From positions 1-46,163 of the forward strand of contig JBEKHC010000053.1 in NCBI GenBank assembly GCA_050012475.1: a DNA stretch of 46,163 bases. Direction: 5' to 3'. The notes under the pieces were generated by a model. The model was not told where the DNA came from and made no database searches. It saw only the letters and a list, made by a program, of their open reading frames with translations. This document shows, piece after piece, positions 35,604-45,015 of the stretch (the stretch's first letter is position 1; the number at the start of each line of letters is the position of its first letter). The DNA is from Candidatus Velthaea sp. Its GTDB lineage: Bacteria; Vulcanimicrobiota; Vulcanimicrobiia; Vulcanimicrobiales; Vulcanimicrobiaceae. Position numbers and translations under genes: made by a program.

Positions 35604-36229
35604 GAGCAGCATGTATTGTTTCGCACAAGAAGGATATCGGCCAAGCGCAACGCGCGGCGTTCGGGGTCCGCGAGCCAGAGAAGGCCAGAGCAAAGTTCGC
35701 GTGTCGTCCGGAGCACGCTGATAGAATGCCGAGAAACTGGCGCGGTTTCACGTGCCGAAGGTCCGCCAAGCGGGTGCCGGACGGTCCGCAGCCGGTCCGG
35801 CAAACCCTTGCTTGCTCGGACTCTGACCGGCGTTACGCTCGGCTCCCCGAGCTGCACCTCACGCGGCGAGCCAACACTTTTTCGCTGCCGGCAGGGCCGG
35901 CGATCCTGGCTCGCCCGATCGGCAAGTTCAGAAATCAAGCGAACGTGTCGAACGTCCTACGGGAGCACAAGCGCTCGGGTTGAACTTCCTTGGCAGCAGG
36001 TACGTTGACGACGCTATGGAGACGCAGCGTCCCCCGGCATTTGCCCGCGAGCGGGCCGGTGACGAGCCTCACAGTCCAAGTTTTCGCTTGGCCACGCCAT
36101 CTTTCAGACGCTTTCGCTCCGACGTAAGATAAGGACGCAAGTCCCAGCCGAGCAGGCGGCTCGGTCCGTGATTTGGTCCATCCGTTACGGTAAGTCGTAG
36201 GTGTCAATTCTGTAAAGCAAGGAATCTCC

Positions 36230-37162
36230 GTGTTTCGATTGCTGACCTCTTTAGTCGCCGCTAGTTTTTTCGCCACCATCACGACACCGGCTTTCGCGGC
36301 CGGTGATTCCGTTCAAGCGCCCCCCGTCGCGGCACGCCAGGACGACTCTTACCTCATTCATGGGGGCGACGAGCTCAATGTCATCGTCTACGGCGAAAAA
36401 GATCTGACGCAGTCAGTCACGGTTCTCCCGAGCGGTACGATCAGCTATCCTCTTATAGGTGAAGTTCACGTCGGCGGCCTGACCCCGACCCAAGCAGCCG
36501 GCGCGCTTTCGAGCAGCCTCAAGCATTATCTGCGTCAGCCCCAAGTTTCGGTCGTCGTTATGAAGGAAGGTCCGCTTGAGGTCCTCGTCCTTGGCAACGT
36601 CGCCAAACCCGGGAAATACGACCTGCCCTCGCGCAGCCGGCTCACCGACGCGATCGCCAGCGCGGGCGGTCTGGGCACGACCGACGGCAATTTTCCCGAC
36701 GCTCGTCTCGCTACCGCACACGGTGACGTGAAGCAGGTTTCGCTTCAGAAGCTGCTGCACGACGGCGACACGACGCAAAATGTCCCGCTCGCCGACGAGA
36801 TGACCGTCTACGTTCCCAGCCCGCTGACGCTGCAAGTGCAGGTCTTGGGTGCCGTCGACAAGCCGGGCGACGTCTTGGTCCACCAGGGCGACCGCCTTTC
36901 GATGGCGATCGCGCGCGCCGGCACCGGTGCCAACGCGAATGCCGATTTGAATCATATCCAGGTTCGCCGGATCGACGCCGACGGCAAACCGCAAACAATG
37001 AACGTCAACTTGTACGAAGTGCTCAAGAGCGGCGATCTCACGCGAGATCCCATCCTCGAGAAAAATGACCTGGTTTACGTACCGCAGTCAGCGGGCCATA
37101 GCGATAAGGTTTCGGGACCGGCTTCGCTTCTCTACTCGATAAGCCACCTGTTCATCCCCTAG
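36230..37162 (+). CDS. wza: Polysaccharide export protein (OPX/Wza family, SLBB repeats)
   Basis: Signal peptide; YLIHGGDEL.V.VYGE..L...V...G.ISYPLIG (Poly_export); two V.VLG.V.KPG SLBB repeats. Confidence 0.9.
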   Translation: MFRLLTSLVAASFFATITTPAFAAGDSVQAPPVAARQDDSYLIHGGDELNVIVYGEKDLTQSVTVLPSGTISYPLIGEVHVGGLTPTQAAGALSSSLKHYLRQPQVSVVVMKEGPLEVLVLGNVAKPGKYDLPSRSRLTDAIASAGGLGTTDGNFPDARLATAHGDVKQVSLQKLLHDGDTTQNVPLADEMTVYVPSPLTLQVQVLGAVDKPGDVLVHQGDRLSMAIARAGTGANANADLNHIQVRRIDADGKPQTMNVNLYEVLKSGDLTRDPILEKNDLVYVPQSAGHSDKVSGPASLLYSISHLFIP

Positions 37163-37193
37163 TCGCTGACGCACTTATAGGATCCATGCATTA

Positions 37194-39395
37194 ATGAAGC
37201 GCGCCCTTAGTCCATATTCGCCCACCAACGCAGCTCTGGCCGAGGAGCGACCGCAGCCGATCTTTACGACCACGGCATCAGTCGCGCCCGAAGTCGACGT
37301 TACGCGCTGGTGGCGCATCCTGCAGCGCCGCCGCATGCTCATGGCGATCGTATTCGGCGTCGTCGTCCTGGCCATCGCGGCCGTGACGTTTCTCAAACCG
37401 AAAACGTATACGACCGAAGTCCGGCTGATCGCGGGCAACAACGCTTCGACGGCGCAAACCGCGCCGAATGCCGATCAAAATCTGCCGGTCCTCAATGCTC
37501 TGTTGAATGCCGGCGGCGTGCAGTCGCCCGAGACGTACTCGGAGCTGCTGCACGAAACGCCCGTCACACGCGAAGTCATCAGCCGTCTGGGCCTGAACAT
37601 CACGCCCGATAGGCTCGCGACGCACATCGGGATCAAGCCGGTTACCGGCACGTCGATCATCGGTCTCGCCGCCAAATGGTCCGACCCGCAAATGTCGGCG
37701 AAAATCGCCAACACCTACGCCAACGTCTTCGTTGACCGCGAGCGCAACCTCATCGCGCACCAGGCCGACAGCGCGATCGGCTTCCTGCAAACGCAACTGC
37801 CGATCGCCGAGCAGCGGCTGCGCACGGCGCAAGGTGCGCTGGCGGACTATCAAACGCGCAATGGCATCGCCGATCTACCGCAGCAAACGCAGGCCCAACT
37901 CGCGCAGGTCGCCGCACTCGACGCGAAAGGCTCCCAAGCCGACCTCGACGGCCGGCAGGCCCAGGCGCAACTGCAGAGCGTCGTCTCGCAGCTCGCTACG
38001 GTTTCGCCGACGATCGAAGGCCAGCACAACATCAATGCCAATCCGGTCGCATCGACGTTGGATCAGCAGATCGCCAGCGTGCGGGCGCAGCTCGACAGCG
38101 CTCGGAAGCAATACACCGACGAACATCCGACCGTAATCGCGCTCAAGGGCCAGCTTGCCAGCCTCGAAAAAGAAGCGAATCGTCAATCGGCAACCGTTGA
38201 AGCGGGAACGACGACGGTGCCGAACCCCGTCTATCAGAGTTTGCAGCAGCAAGCCGCGACGCTGCGCGCCCAGATCTCAGCCGACGCCTCGCAGGCCGGC
38301 ACGGCGCGCTCGCAGCGTGCTGCGATGGATCCGATCGTCAAGGCACTTCCCGAGCGCACACAGCGCATCGGCGCACTGACCCGGGAAGCCAAGGCAGCGG
38401 AAGACGTCTACAACACGCTCGAGAAGAAATACGACGACGCGATGCTGTCGCGGACCACGGCCCTCTCGGACGTCACGATCACGCAATCCGCCGACGCCGA
38501 TGCCGCCACGGTCGAACCCAATTATATTCTCAACATGGCCGTCGCCATCATCGCCGGCGCAGTGCTCGCACTGGGTGCAGCGTTCGTGATCGAGTTCTTC
38601 GACGATCGCTTCCGCTCGGAAGAAGACGTCAAAGAGCGGCTGGGCATACCGGTCCTGGCCTCGATTCCGGCGCTTACGGCGATTACCCACAGCGGTGCGC
38701 GGACCGGCTCCTGGGTCGACGCCTTGGCCTACGAATCGTACTTCGAGCTCGTCACCGCGCTGCGCTACTCCTCGACCGAGGCACCGCGCTCGATCGCGAT
38801 CACGTCGCCGCGCCAAGGCGACGGCAAGTCGACGATCGCACTCAACGTCGCGATCAGTATGGCGCAGCTCAATGCCCGCGTGCTCATCATCGACGCCGAC
38901 CTGCGCCGCCCCACCCTGCACACAAAGCTGGGCTTCGCCAACGGCAAAGGCCTCTCGGACGTGCTCGTCGGGGTCTGCACGCTCGACGCCGCGGTCCGTG
39001 AAAGCGGCCACCCCGGCGTGCTCACGCTCACCAGCGGGACGCGCTCGCCCAACCCAGTCGCGCTCTTGCAGGGTCCCTCGTTCGACCGGTTGTTGGAAAC
39101 GGCACGCGAACAGTTCGATTTCGTCATCATCGACGCGCCGGCGCTGGGGCCGATCATCGACGGTGTCATCCTCGCCATGAAGGCGGACGGGGCAGTCCTG
39201 GTGGTGTCGGCGACGAACACCGACGGTCGCACCGCGAACAGCGCGCTCGATAAGCTCGCATCGGTCAGCGCCGTGAATCTGATCGGCGTCGTGCTCAATC
39301 ATACCAAACCCGAGGCGCACGAATACTCGGAATACTACTTGGCCAACGGCACGAACGGAAGCGTGCCCGAAGGCGGGGCAGCCCTGAGCTCGTAG
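37194..39395 (+). CDS. wzc: Polysaccharide co-polymerase / BY-kinase (Wzc)
   Basis: Two TMs around a coiled-coil periplasmic domain; Walker A SPRQGDGKST, A' IDADLRRP, B IIDAP; C-terminal EYSEYY. Confidence 0.93.
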   Translation: MKRALSPYSPTNAALAEERPQPIFTTTASVAPEVDVTRWWRILQRRRMLMAIVFGVVVLAIAAVTFLKPKTYTTEVRLIAGNNASTAQTAPNADQNLPVLNALLNAGGVQSPETYSELLHETPVTREVISRLGLNITPDRLATHIGIKPVTGTSIIGLAAKWSDPQMSAKIANTYANVFVDRERNLIAHQADSAIGFLQTQLPIAEQRLRTAQGALADYQTRNGIADLPQQTQAQLAQVAALDAKGSQADLDGRQAQAQLQSVVSQLATVSPTIEGQHNINANPVASTLDQQIASVRAQLDSARKQYTDEHPTVIALKGQLASLEKEANRQSATVEAGTTTVPNPVYQSLQQQAATLRAQISADASQAGTARSQRAAMDPIVKALPERTQRIGALTREAKAAEDVYNTLEKKYDDAMLSRTTALSDVTITQSADADAATVEPNYILNMAVAIIAGAVLALGAAFVIEFFDDRFRSEEDVKERLGIPVLASIPALTAITHSGARTGSWVDALAYESYFELVTALRYSSTEAPRSIAITSPRQGDGKSTIALNVAISMAQLNARVLIIDADLRRPTLHTKLGFANGKGLSDVLVGVCTLDAAVRESGHPGVLTLTSGTRSPNPVALLQGPSFDRLLETAREQFDFVIIDAPALGPIIDGVILAMKADGAVLVVSATNTDGRTANSALDKLASVSAVNLIGVVLNHTKPEAHEYSEYYLANGTNGSVPEGGAALSS

Positions 39396-39671
39396 GCCTG
39401 CTGCCAGCACCCCCGAGCGCGCGGGGGCACTGGGCCGGGCAGGCAATACGACAAGCGTTCGAACCGGTTGCCTGCCGGCCGGGACGACCGGGCGATGGTG
39501 GGTAAGAGATGCTTCGATGTGGATCGGAAGGTCCACACTGGTTCGGGCTGTCATTAAGTGAGATAATGCACTTGACTTCCAGCCAGATTTCGCCCAAGAC
39601 ACCGTTTTGAGAAGTCCGTACCCGGACGGTTTTCGCATCAATCAATCTAGCGTGGAGTCCATATTTCCCCC

Positions 39672-40355
39672 ATGCACGAGTCTGAGTCAGTAGAGGAACA
39701 CTGCACGATGGTCAGCCAAGACGGAGCGCCGCTGCGCACCTTCGTCGTCGAGCGGCAATCGCTCATCGCGAAGGCGTTGCATTCGTTTCTCAACCAAAAC
39801 GCGCTCGTGCGCGTCGTCGGCGATGCGCCGTCGGTGCGGGTCGACGACATGGAGCGCACGCGCCCGGATCTCATCGTCTACGGCTTGGACAATGCCGCAC
39901 AAGACGTAACCGAAGCGCTGAACCTGGCCCGGAGCGTTCTGCCGAACGTGCGGTTCTGCGTTCTCTCCAGTTACGCGAATCCCGATGTCATGCAACGCAG
40001 CATCGCTTCGGGCGCCGACGGATTCGTCGTCAAGGACGTCTCGCCGAGCGAACTCGATGTCGCGCTGCGTGTCTTGGCTTCGGGTGCGTCGTACGTCGAT
40101 CCGCGGGTCGCGGGCGGCATGCTCAAGCGGCGGTTCACCACCGGTGCCCCGGGTTCGGCGATCAGCGAATTGACGTCGCGGGAAGCGGATATCTTGCGAC
40201 TGATCGCGACCGGCTTCTCGAACAAAGAGATCAGCGCAAAGTTGAAGCTGTCGGAGAAGACGATCAAGAACTACGTCAGCCGCATCTTCAGCAAACTCAA
40301 CGTTACCGCCCGAACGCAGGCCGCAGTTTACGCGATCAAAGCCGGCTTCGCTTAA
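39672..40355 (+). CDS. NarL/LuxR family response regulator with atypical receiver domain
   Basis: C-terminal LTSREADILRLIATGFSNKEIS.KL.LSEKTIKNYVSRIFSKL HTH. The N-terminal REC-like fold lacks the canonical Asp residues. Confidence 0.9.
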   Translation: MHESESVEEHCTMVSQDGAPLRTFVVERQSLIAKALHSFLNQNALVRVVGDAPSVRVDDMERTRPDLIVYGLDNAAQDVTEALNLARSVLPNVRFCVLSSYANPDVMQRSIASGADGFVVKDVSPSELDVALRVLASGASYVDPRVAGGMLKRRFTTGAPGSAISELTSREADILRLIATGFSNKEISAKLKLSEKTIKNYVSRIFSKLNVTARTQAAVYAIKAGFA

Positions 40356-40363
40356 CAGCAGCA

Positions 40364-40384
40364 GGGTTCGGCTGCGCCGAACCC
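40364..40384 (+). terminator. GC hairpin directly after the regulator stop codon
   Basis: GGGTTCGGC-TGC-GCCGAACCC, 9-bp stem; no clear U tract. Confidence 0.4.
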
Positions 40385-40387
40385 GTG

Positions 40388-40594
40388 CCGTTTGCGCTTC
40401 GCGCGAGCCGCGGCGTTCGCGCCTCTCGCAAGCCGCGGTAGCGGTTGCGCCTTGCGCAAGCCGTAGCGTTTGCGCCACTCGCAAGCCGCGGTAGAGGTCG
40501 CGGCTCGCCGCAAGCCGCCGCGTTCGCGCCTCGCGCAAGCCGTAGCGTTTGCGCCTTGCGCAAGGCGTAGCGTTTGCCGGTGCGCCGCAAGCCG
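40388..40594 (+). repeat. About 8 tandem degenerate 25-28 bp palindromic units (REP-like)
   Basis: Consensus GTAGCGTTTGCGCCTTGCGCAAGCC, with internal hairpin TTGCGC-CTT-GCGCAA. Confidence 0.8.
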
Positions 40595-40768
40595 CTGTGG
40601 GCGTTCGGGCGGCCGATCGTAGCGAGCTTTCGTGCCGGTTCTACTCGACGTTACGAGCGGTCGCGGCCTGTTCGTGTATCCAGAAGAAATCGACGGCTCG
40701 TGTCGGCGATTTCGGAGATTTTTTCGTTCGCAGGGACTGGCGGGGCTGAAGCGACAAAGGTAGCAGAC

Positions 40769-42241
40769 GTGACGCCGCTCGCCAAGAAACGCACCAAGAT
40801 TGTCGCCACGATCGGACCGGCGTCTCGCGACCCGGCAATCATGCGTGACTTGTTCCGTTCCGGGGTGAACGTCGTTCGGCTGAACTTCTCTCATGGATCG
40901 CACGACGAGCACCGCGCGGTGATCGAAGACGTCCGCCAGGTCACGGCCGAGTTAGGCATTCATGTCGCCGTCCTGCAGGACTTGCCCGGACCGAAGGTCC
41001 GCACCGGACTGCTCGCCGCAGGTCTTGGCTCGGTGCTCCTGCGCGAAGGTCAAGCATTTACGCTGACGACCGATCAGGTCGAGGGCACCGCCGAACGCGT
41101 CGCGGTCTCCTATTTGAATTTACCGCGCGATGTCAGCGCAGGCAAGCATATCTATCTCGCCGACGGTTCCATCGTTTTGCGCATCGCTTCGATCGAGCAG
41201 AACGACGTCCATACCACCGTCGAGGTCGGCGGAACGCTCCGCTCCAAGCAGGGCATCAATTATCCCGACGGTTCGTTAGCGATCGAGTCGGTGACCGAGC
41301 GCGATCTCGAACATCTCGCCTTCGGCATCGAAAACAACGTCGACTGGATTGCCGTTTCGTTCGTGCGAACGGCGTCGGATATCGCTCGCGTGAAAACTTT
41401 CATCGCGCGGCGCGGCAAAACGATCCCGGTCATCGCCAAAATCGAGAAGCACGAAGCGCTCGACCATATTGCCTCGATCGTGGAGATTTCCGACGGGGTG
41501 ATGGTCGCGCGCGGCGACTTGGGCATCGAGATGCCGATGCAAGAGGTGCCGATGATCCAGAAGGACCTCATCGCCCGGGCGAATCGCGCGAGCAAGCCGG
41601 TCATCACGGCAACCGAGATGCTGGAGTCGATGATCGTGAGCGCGCGCCCGACGCGCGCCGAAGCCGCGGATGTCGCCAACGCGATCTTGGACGGCACCGA
41701 TGCGGTGATGCTGTCGGGCGAAACCGCGCGGGGTGCGCATCCGGTCGAAGCCGTCCGCGCGATGGCGACGATCGCTCGCGAAATCGAAGACCGCTATCCG
41801 TTCCGCGAGGCTCGCAAACGTCGATCGCTCGGTGCGACCGCGTCGCGGGTCATGGTCCGGGATACCGACGATCACATCGGAACCTCGATCGCCGAAGCCG
41901 CGGCGCGCTCCGCCGAAGTGCTGGGCCTCGATCTCGTGGTTACCGGAACGACGACGGGCAACACCGCCCGCCACATCTCATCGTTTCGGCCCAAAGCACG
42001 CATCGTCGCGGTCACGCCGCTGGTCGAAGTCGCGCGCCGATTGGCCCTGATGTGGGGCGTCGAATCGCTCGTCGTCCCGCCGTATCGCTACATCGAAACG
42101 CTCATCGAGATCGCTGAACAGCGCGTGATCGCCGAAGGCCTCGCCGCTCCCGGCGAGACGGTGGCGATAACGAGCGGGATGCCCGTGGGCGCCGGCGGTA
42201 CCAACGTCCTCAAAATTCACCGTTTGCCGTCAGCCGGTTAA
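40769..42241 (+). CDS. pyk: Pyruvate kinase
   Basis: RTKIVATIGPAS, RLNFSHG, DLPGPKVR, IAKIEK, MVARGDLG, DAVMLSGETA. Confidence 0.98.
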   Translation: MTPLAKKRTKIVATIGPASRDPAIMRDLFRSGVNVVRLNFSHGSHDEHRAVIEDVRQVTAELGIHVAVLQDLPGPKVRTGLLAAGLGSVLLREGQAFTLTTDQVEGTAERVAVSYLNLPRDVSAGKHIYLADGSIVLRIASIEQNDVHTTVEVGGTLRSKQGINYPDGSLAIESVTERDLEHLAFGIENNVDWIAVSFVRTASDIARVKTFIARRGKTIPVIAKIEKHEALDHIASIVEISDGVMVARGDLGIEMPMQEVPMIQKDLIARANRASKPVITATEMLESMIVSARPTRAEAADVANAILDGTDAVMLSGETARGAHPVEAVRAMATIAREIEDRYPFREARKRRSLGATASRVMVRDTDDHIGTSIAEAAARSAEVLGLDLVVTGTTTGNTARHISSFRPKARIVAVTPLVEVARRLALMWGVESLVVPPYRYIETLIEIAEQRVIAEGLAAPGETVAITSGMPVGAGGTNVLKIHRLPSAG

Positions 42242-43330
42242 CGATTCGACGGCGGTCGCGACCGGCTCGTCCGCCATGCGCGCGTAAGCGTCGAGCAGTT
42301 CCGCGCGCAGCGTCTGCGGCGAGAACGCGGCGGCGGCGAGCACCCGTTGCGCCTGCGCGGCTTCCCAGGCGGCGTCGATGCCCGACCACGCTTCCTCGAT
42401 TCCGGCGCCGAAGCCGCGCGCATCGTCAGGCACCAGCCAGCCGGCATAGGGCGCCAGCGTGTCGGCGATCCCGCCCGCGTCCGCGCCGATGAGCGGCACG
42501 CCGGCGACGAGCGCCTCGACCAAGGCATACGGCAGCCCGTCGAAGCTGCCGGGAACGACGAGCATATCGATGCCGGCGAAGAGTTCGGCCATGCTCACGT
42601 CGTCCAAAAATGCCGTCCGCTCGGCGATTCCGGCCGAGCGCGCATGCGCGCGCACGAGACCGGCGACCGGGCCGCTGCGACCCATCGCCAACCGCGCCTG
42701 CGGCAACGCTTTCGCGACCCGGGCCGCAGCGTCGATCGCAATCTCCCAGGCGCGATCCGACTCCAGCCGCCCGGCATAGCCCACGATCGGGCCAGGGCGA
42801 CCCGCCGGCCGGGGCAGCGCACCCGGATCCGCCGAACCGACGGCATACGGCACGACGCGCGCTTTCGCGCTGGGAACCCCCAGCGCGTCGACGAGCACGC
42901 GGCGCAGGGTTTCGTACGCGCAATGCACCGCCCAGCCGCGAGCAAATAATTCCGGCAGCCGCTTTTCGACGAACGTCTTGGGCATCTCGTTTTTGCGAAT
43001 CGGATCCTGCAGCGTCACCAGCGTCCGGCGAGCGAAACGTGTCGGCAGCGCGCCCAGCGCGACCGCGCCCGCCGTCCAGCCGAATGCGTGAATTGCGTCG
43101 GGCTCGAAACGCTCGACCGCGCGGCGCAAGACGTTGATCGAGCGCAAAACATTGAACAGCCCGGCCGGCCGCCATGATTCCGTCGGCACGCCGCAATCGC
43201 GCAGAGCCTTGGTTTCGGCATCGGGCGCGAGCATGCGCAACTCGTATGCGGGCGCGGCGCCTTCGATGGCCCAACGCAGCGAACGCCGCATCGCCGCGCC
43301 GCCCGCCGACGCCAAGAACAGCAGCTTCAT
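42230..43330 (-). CDS. Glycosyltransferase family 4
   Basis: YAGRL, DGLPYALVEALVAGVPLIG...GG; ATGA overlap with the recN stop. Confidence 0.85.
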   Translation of the reverse strand: MKLLFLASAGGAAMRRSLRWAIEGAAPAYELRMLAPDAETKALRDCGVPTESWRPAGLFNVLRSINVLRRAVERFEPDAIHAFGWTAGAVALGALPTRFARRTLVTLQDPIRKNEMPKTFVEKRLPELFARGWAVHCAYETLRRVLVDALGVPSAKARVVPYAVGSADPGALPRPAGRPGPIVGYAGRLESDRAWEIAIDAAARVAKALPQARLAMGRSGPVAGLVRAHARSAGIAERTAFLDDVSMAELFAGIDMLVVPGSFDGLPYALVEALVAGVPLIGADAGGIADTLAPYAGWLVPDDARGFGAGIEEAWSGIDAAWEAAQAQRVLAAAAFSPQTLRAELLDAYARMADEPVATAVESLTG

Positions 43331-45000
43331 GACGCTCGCGTGCCCGCAACGAGCGTCGCGGCGTGCTTGAGCGAAACGGGATTGGCATCTCCGGAAAGCA
43401 TACGCGCGATCTCTTCCAGTCGCGCTTGCCGCGCTCCCAGTGTTTCCAACTCGATCGTCGTTGCACCGCCCGCGTCGCGTTTGCGTAACGCGTAGTGCCG
43501 ATCGGCCCACGACGCGATCTGGGCGAGGTGGGTCACGACGACGATTTGCGTTGCTCGCGCGAGCCGGCCGAGACGCGTTCCGACGGCAACGGCCGTCGCG
43601 CCGCCGATCCCGGCGTCGATCTCATCGAAGACCAGCGCCGTGCGATCGCGCCGATCCGCAATGACGACGATGAGCGCGAGCAGCACGCGCGACAGCTCAC
43701 CGCCCGACGCGCTCTTGGCGATCGCGCGCTGGGGTTCACCGGGATTGGGTGCGAGCCGAAACTCCGCCCGTTCCGCACCGCCGGTCCCGATCGCAGCCAG
43801 CGGCTCGAACGCAACGGAGAAGCGTGCTGCGGGCATCGCGAGTGCGGCTAGTTCGCTTGCGACCTGCGTCTCGAGTTCACGAGCCGCTGCCCGCCGCTTC
43901 GCCGACAACGCCGCCGCCCGGCCCTCAAGCTGCGAACGCAGCCGCACCGCATCGCGCTCCAAACCCGCGGTGCGTTCGTCACGCGAGGCATCGCGCTCGA
44001 TGAGCGCAGCAAATTCGGCCCGCGTTTCGCTTACGGCCGCAAGCGAGCCGCCGTACTTCTTCTTGAGCCGGTCGAGACGATCCAGGCGGGCGACGATCGA
44101 TTCGAGTTCCGTCGGGTCGGCTTCGACCGCTTCACGCTCGCGCGCGAGCCGCGCACCAATATCGTTGACTTCGCTCTGCAGTGCGCCGATCGTTTCGCTG
44201 AGCGCGGCGAATTGCGCGCCGTATCGGGCGACGCCGTCTAGCGCACTTGCCGCACTGCCGAGGGCGTCGAGCACGCCGCCGTCGTCTCGGAGCGCCGCAC
44301 TCGCGCTGTCCAGCGCCGTGAGAATGCGCTCGGCATTGGCCAGCACCTCGCGCCGTTCGCGCAGCCGTTCGTCTTCGTGGTCTTCAAAACCGGCCTCATC
44401 GATCTCGGCCGCGGCGAAGCGGGCGAACTCGAGCTGCGCGAGGATGCGGCCGTCGTCGGCCGCAAGGGCCTGCAGCCGTTCGCGCACGGCCTGCAGCTCG
44501 CCGACGAGCCGCCGCACTTCGGCGGCGTCGTCACCGGCCTCGGGACCGGCGAAGCGGTCGACGATCTCGAGCGCAAAGGCCGGCGTCAGCAAACGCTGCG
44601 CCTCGTGCTGGCCGACCACGTCGACGATCCACACGCCGAAGGCGCGCAATTGGCTGGCGCTTGCGGCGATGCCGTTGATCCGCGCCTGCGAGCGTCCGCT
44701 CGCGAGGAGCTCACGGCTGACGATCGCGTCATCGTCCTCGGCCAGCACGAAACCGTCTTCGGCCATGCGCGTGCGCAGCACAGCATCGGATTCGATTTCG
44801 AGCACGACGCGCGCGCGCGCCGCACCGCCGCGGATCATTTCGGTTTCGGCCCGATCGCCCAGCGCGAAACGCAGCGCGCCGAGCAGCATCGTCTTGCCCG
44901 AGCCCGTCTCCCCGCTGAACACCGTGAGCCCGGCGGAGAACTCGACCTCGGCATGCGCGATCAGACCGAAATCATCGATCGTTGCCCGCAGCAGGCGCAT
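43327..45000 (-). CDS. recN: DNA repair protein RecN
   Basis: FSGETGSGKT Walker A, coiled coil, SASGGELSR signature, VFDEIDAGIGG, VTHLAQIA. Confidence 0.97.
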   Translation of the reverse strand: MRLLRATIDDFGLIAHAEVEFSAGLTVFSGETGSGKTMLLGALRFALGDRAETEMIRGGAARARVVLEIESDAVLRTRMAEDGFVLAEDDDAIVSRELLASGRSQARINGIAASASQLRAFGVWIVDVVGQHEAQRLLTPAFALEIVDRFAGPEAGDDAAEVRRLVGELQAVRERLQALAADDGRILAQLEFARFAAAEIDEAGFEDHEDERLRERREVLANAERILTALDSASAALRDDGGVLDALGSAASALDGVARYGAQFAALSETIGALQSEVNDIGARLAREREAVEADPTELESIVARLDRLDRLKKKYGGSLAAVSETRAEFAALIERDASRDERTAGLERDAVRLRSQLEGRAAALSAKRRAAARELETQVASELAALAMPAARFSVAFEPLAAIGTGGAERAEFRLAPNPGEPQRAIAKSASGGELSRVLLALIVVIADRRDRTALVFDEIDAGIGGATAVAVGTRLGRLARATQIVVVTHLAQIASWADRHYALRKRDAGGATTIELETLGARQARLEEIARMLSGDANPVSLKHAATLVAGTRAS

Positions 45001-45015
45001 CTTACCGCAAGACCA

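Noticed and set aside
35600..36282. Small ORFs 35600-35938 and 35935-36282 in the divergent region before wza
   Set aside because: No recognisable motifs or RBS, and the second overlaps wza antisense. The apparent stop/start overlaps can arise trivially.
40388..40594. CRISPR array, or ops/JUMPstart element (GCGGTAG)
   Set aside because: There are no unique spacers. The GCGGTAG matches are inside the repeats and downstream of the EPS genes, not in a leader.
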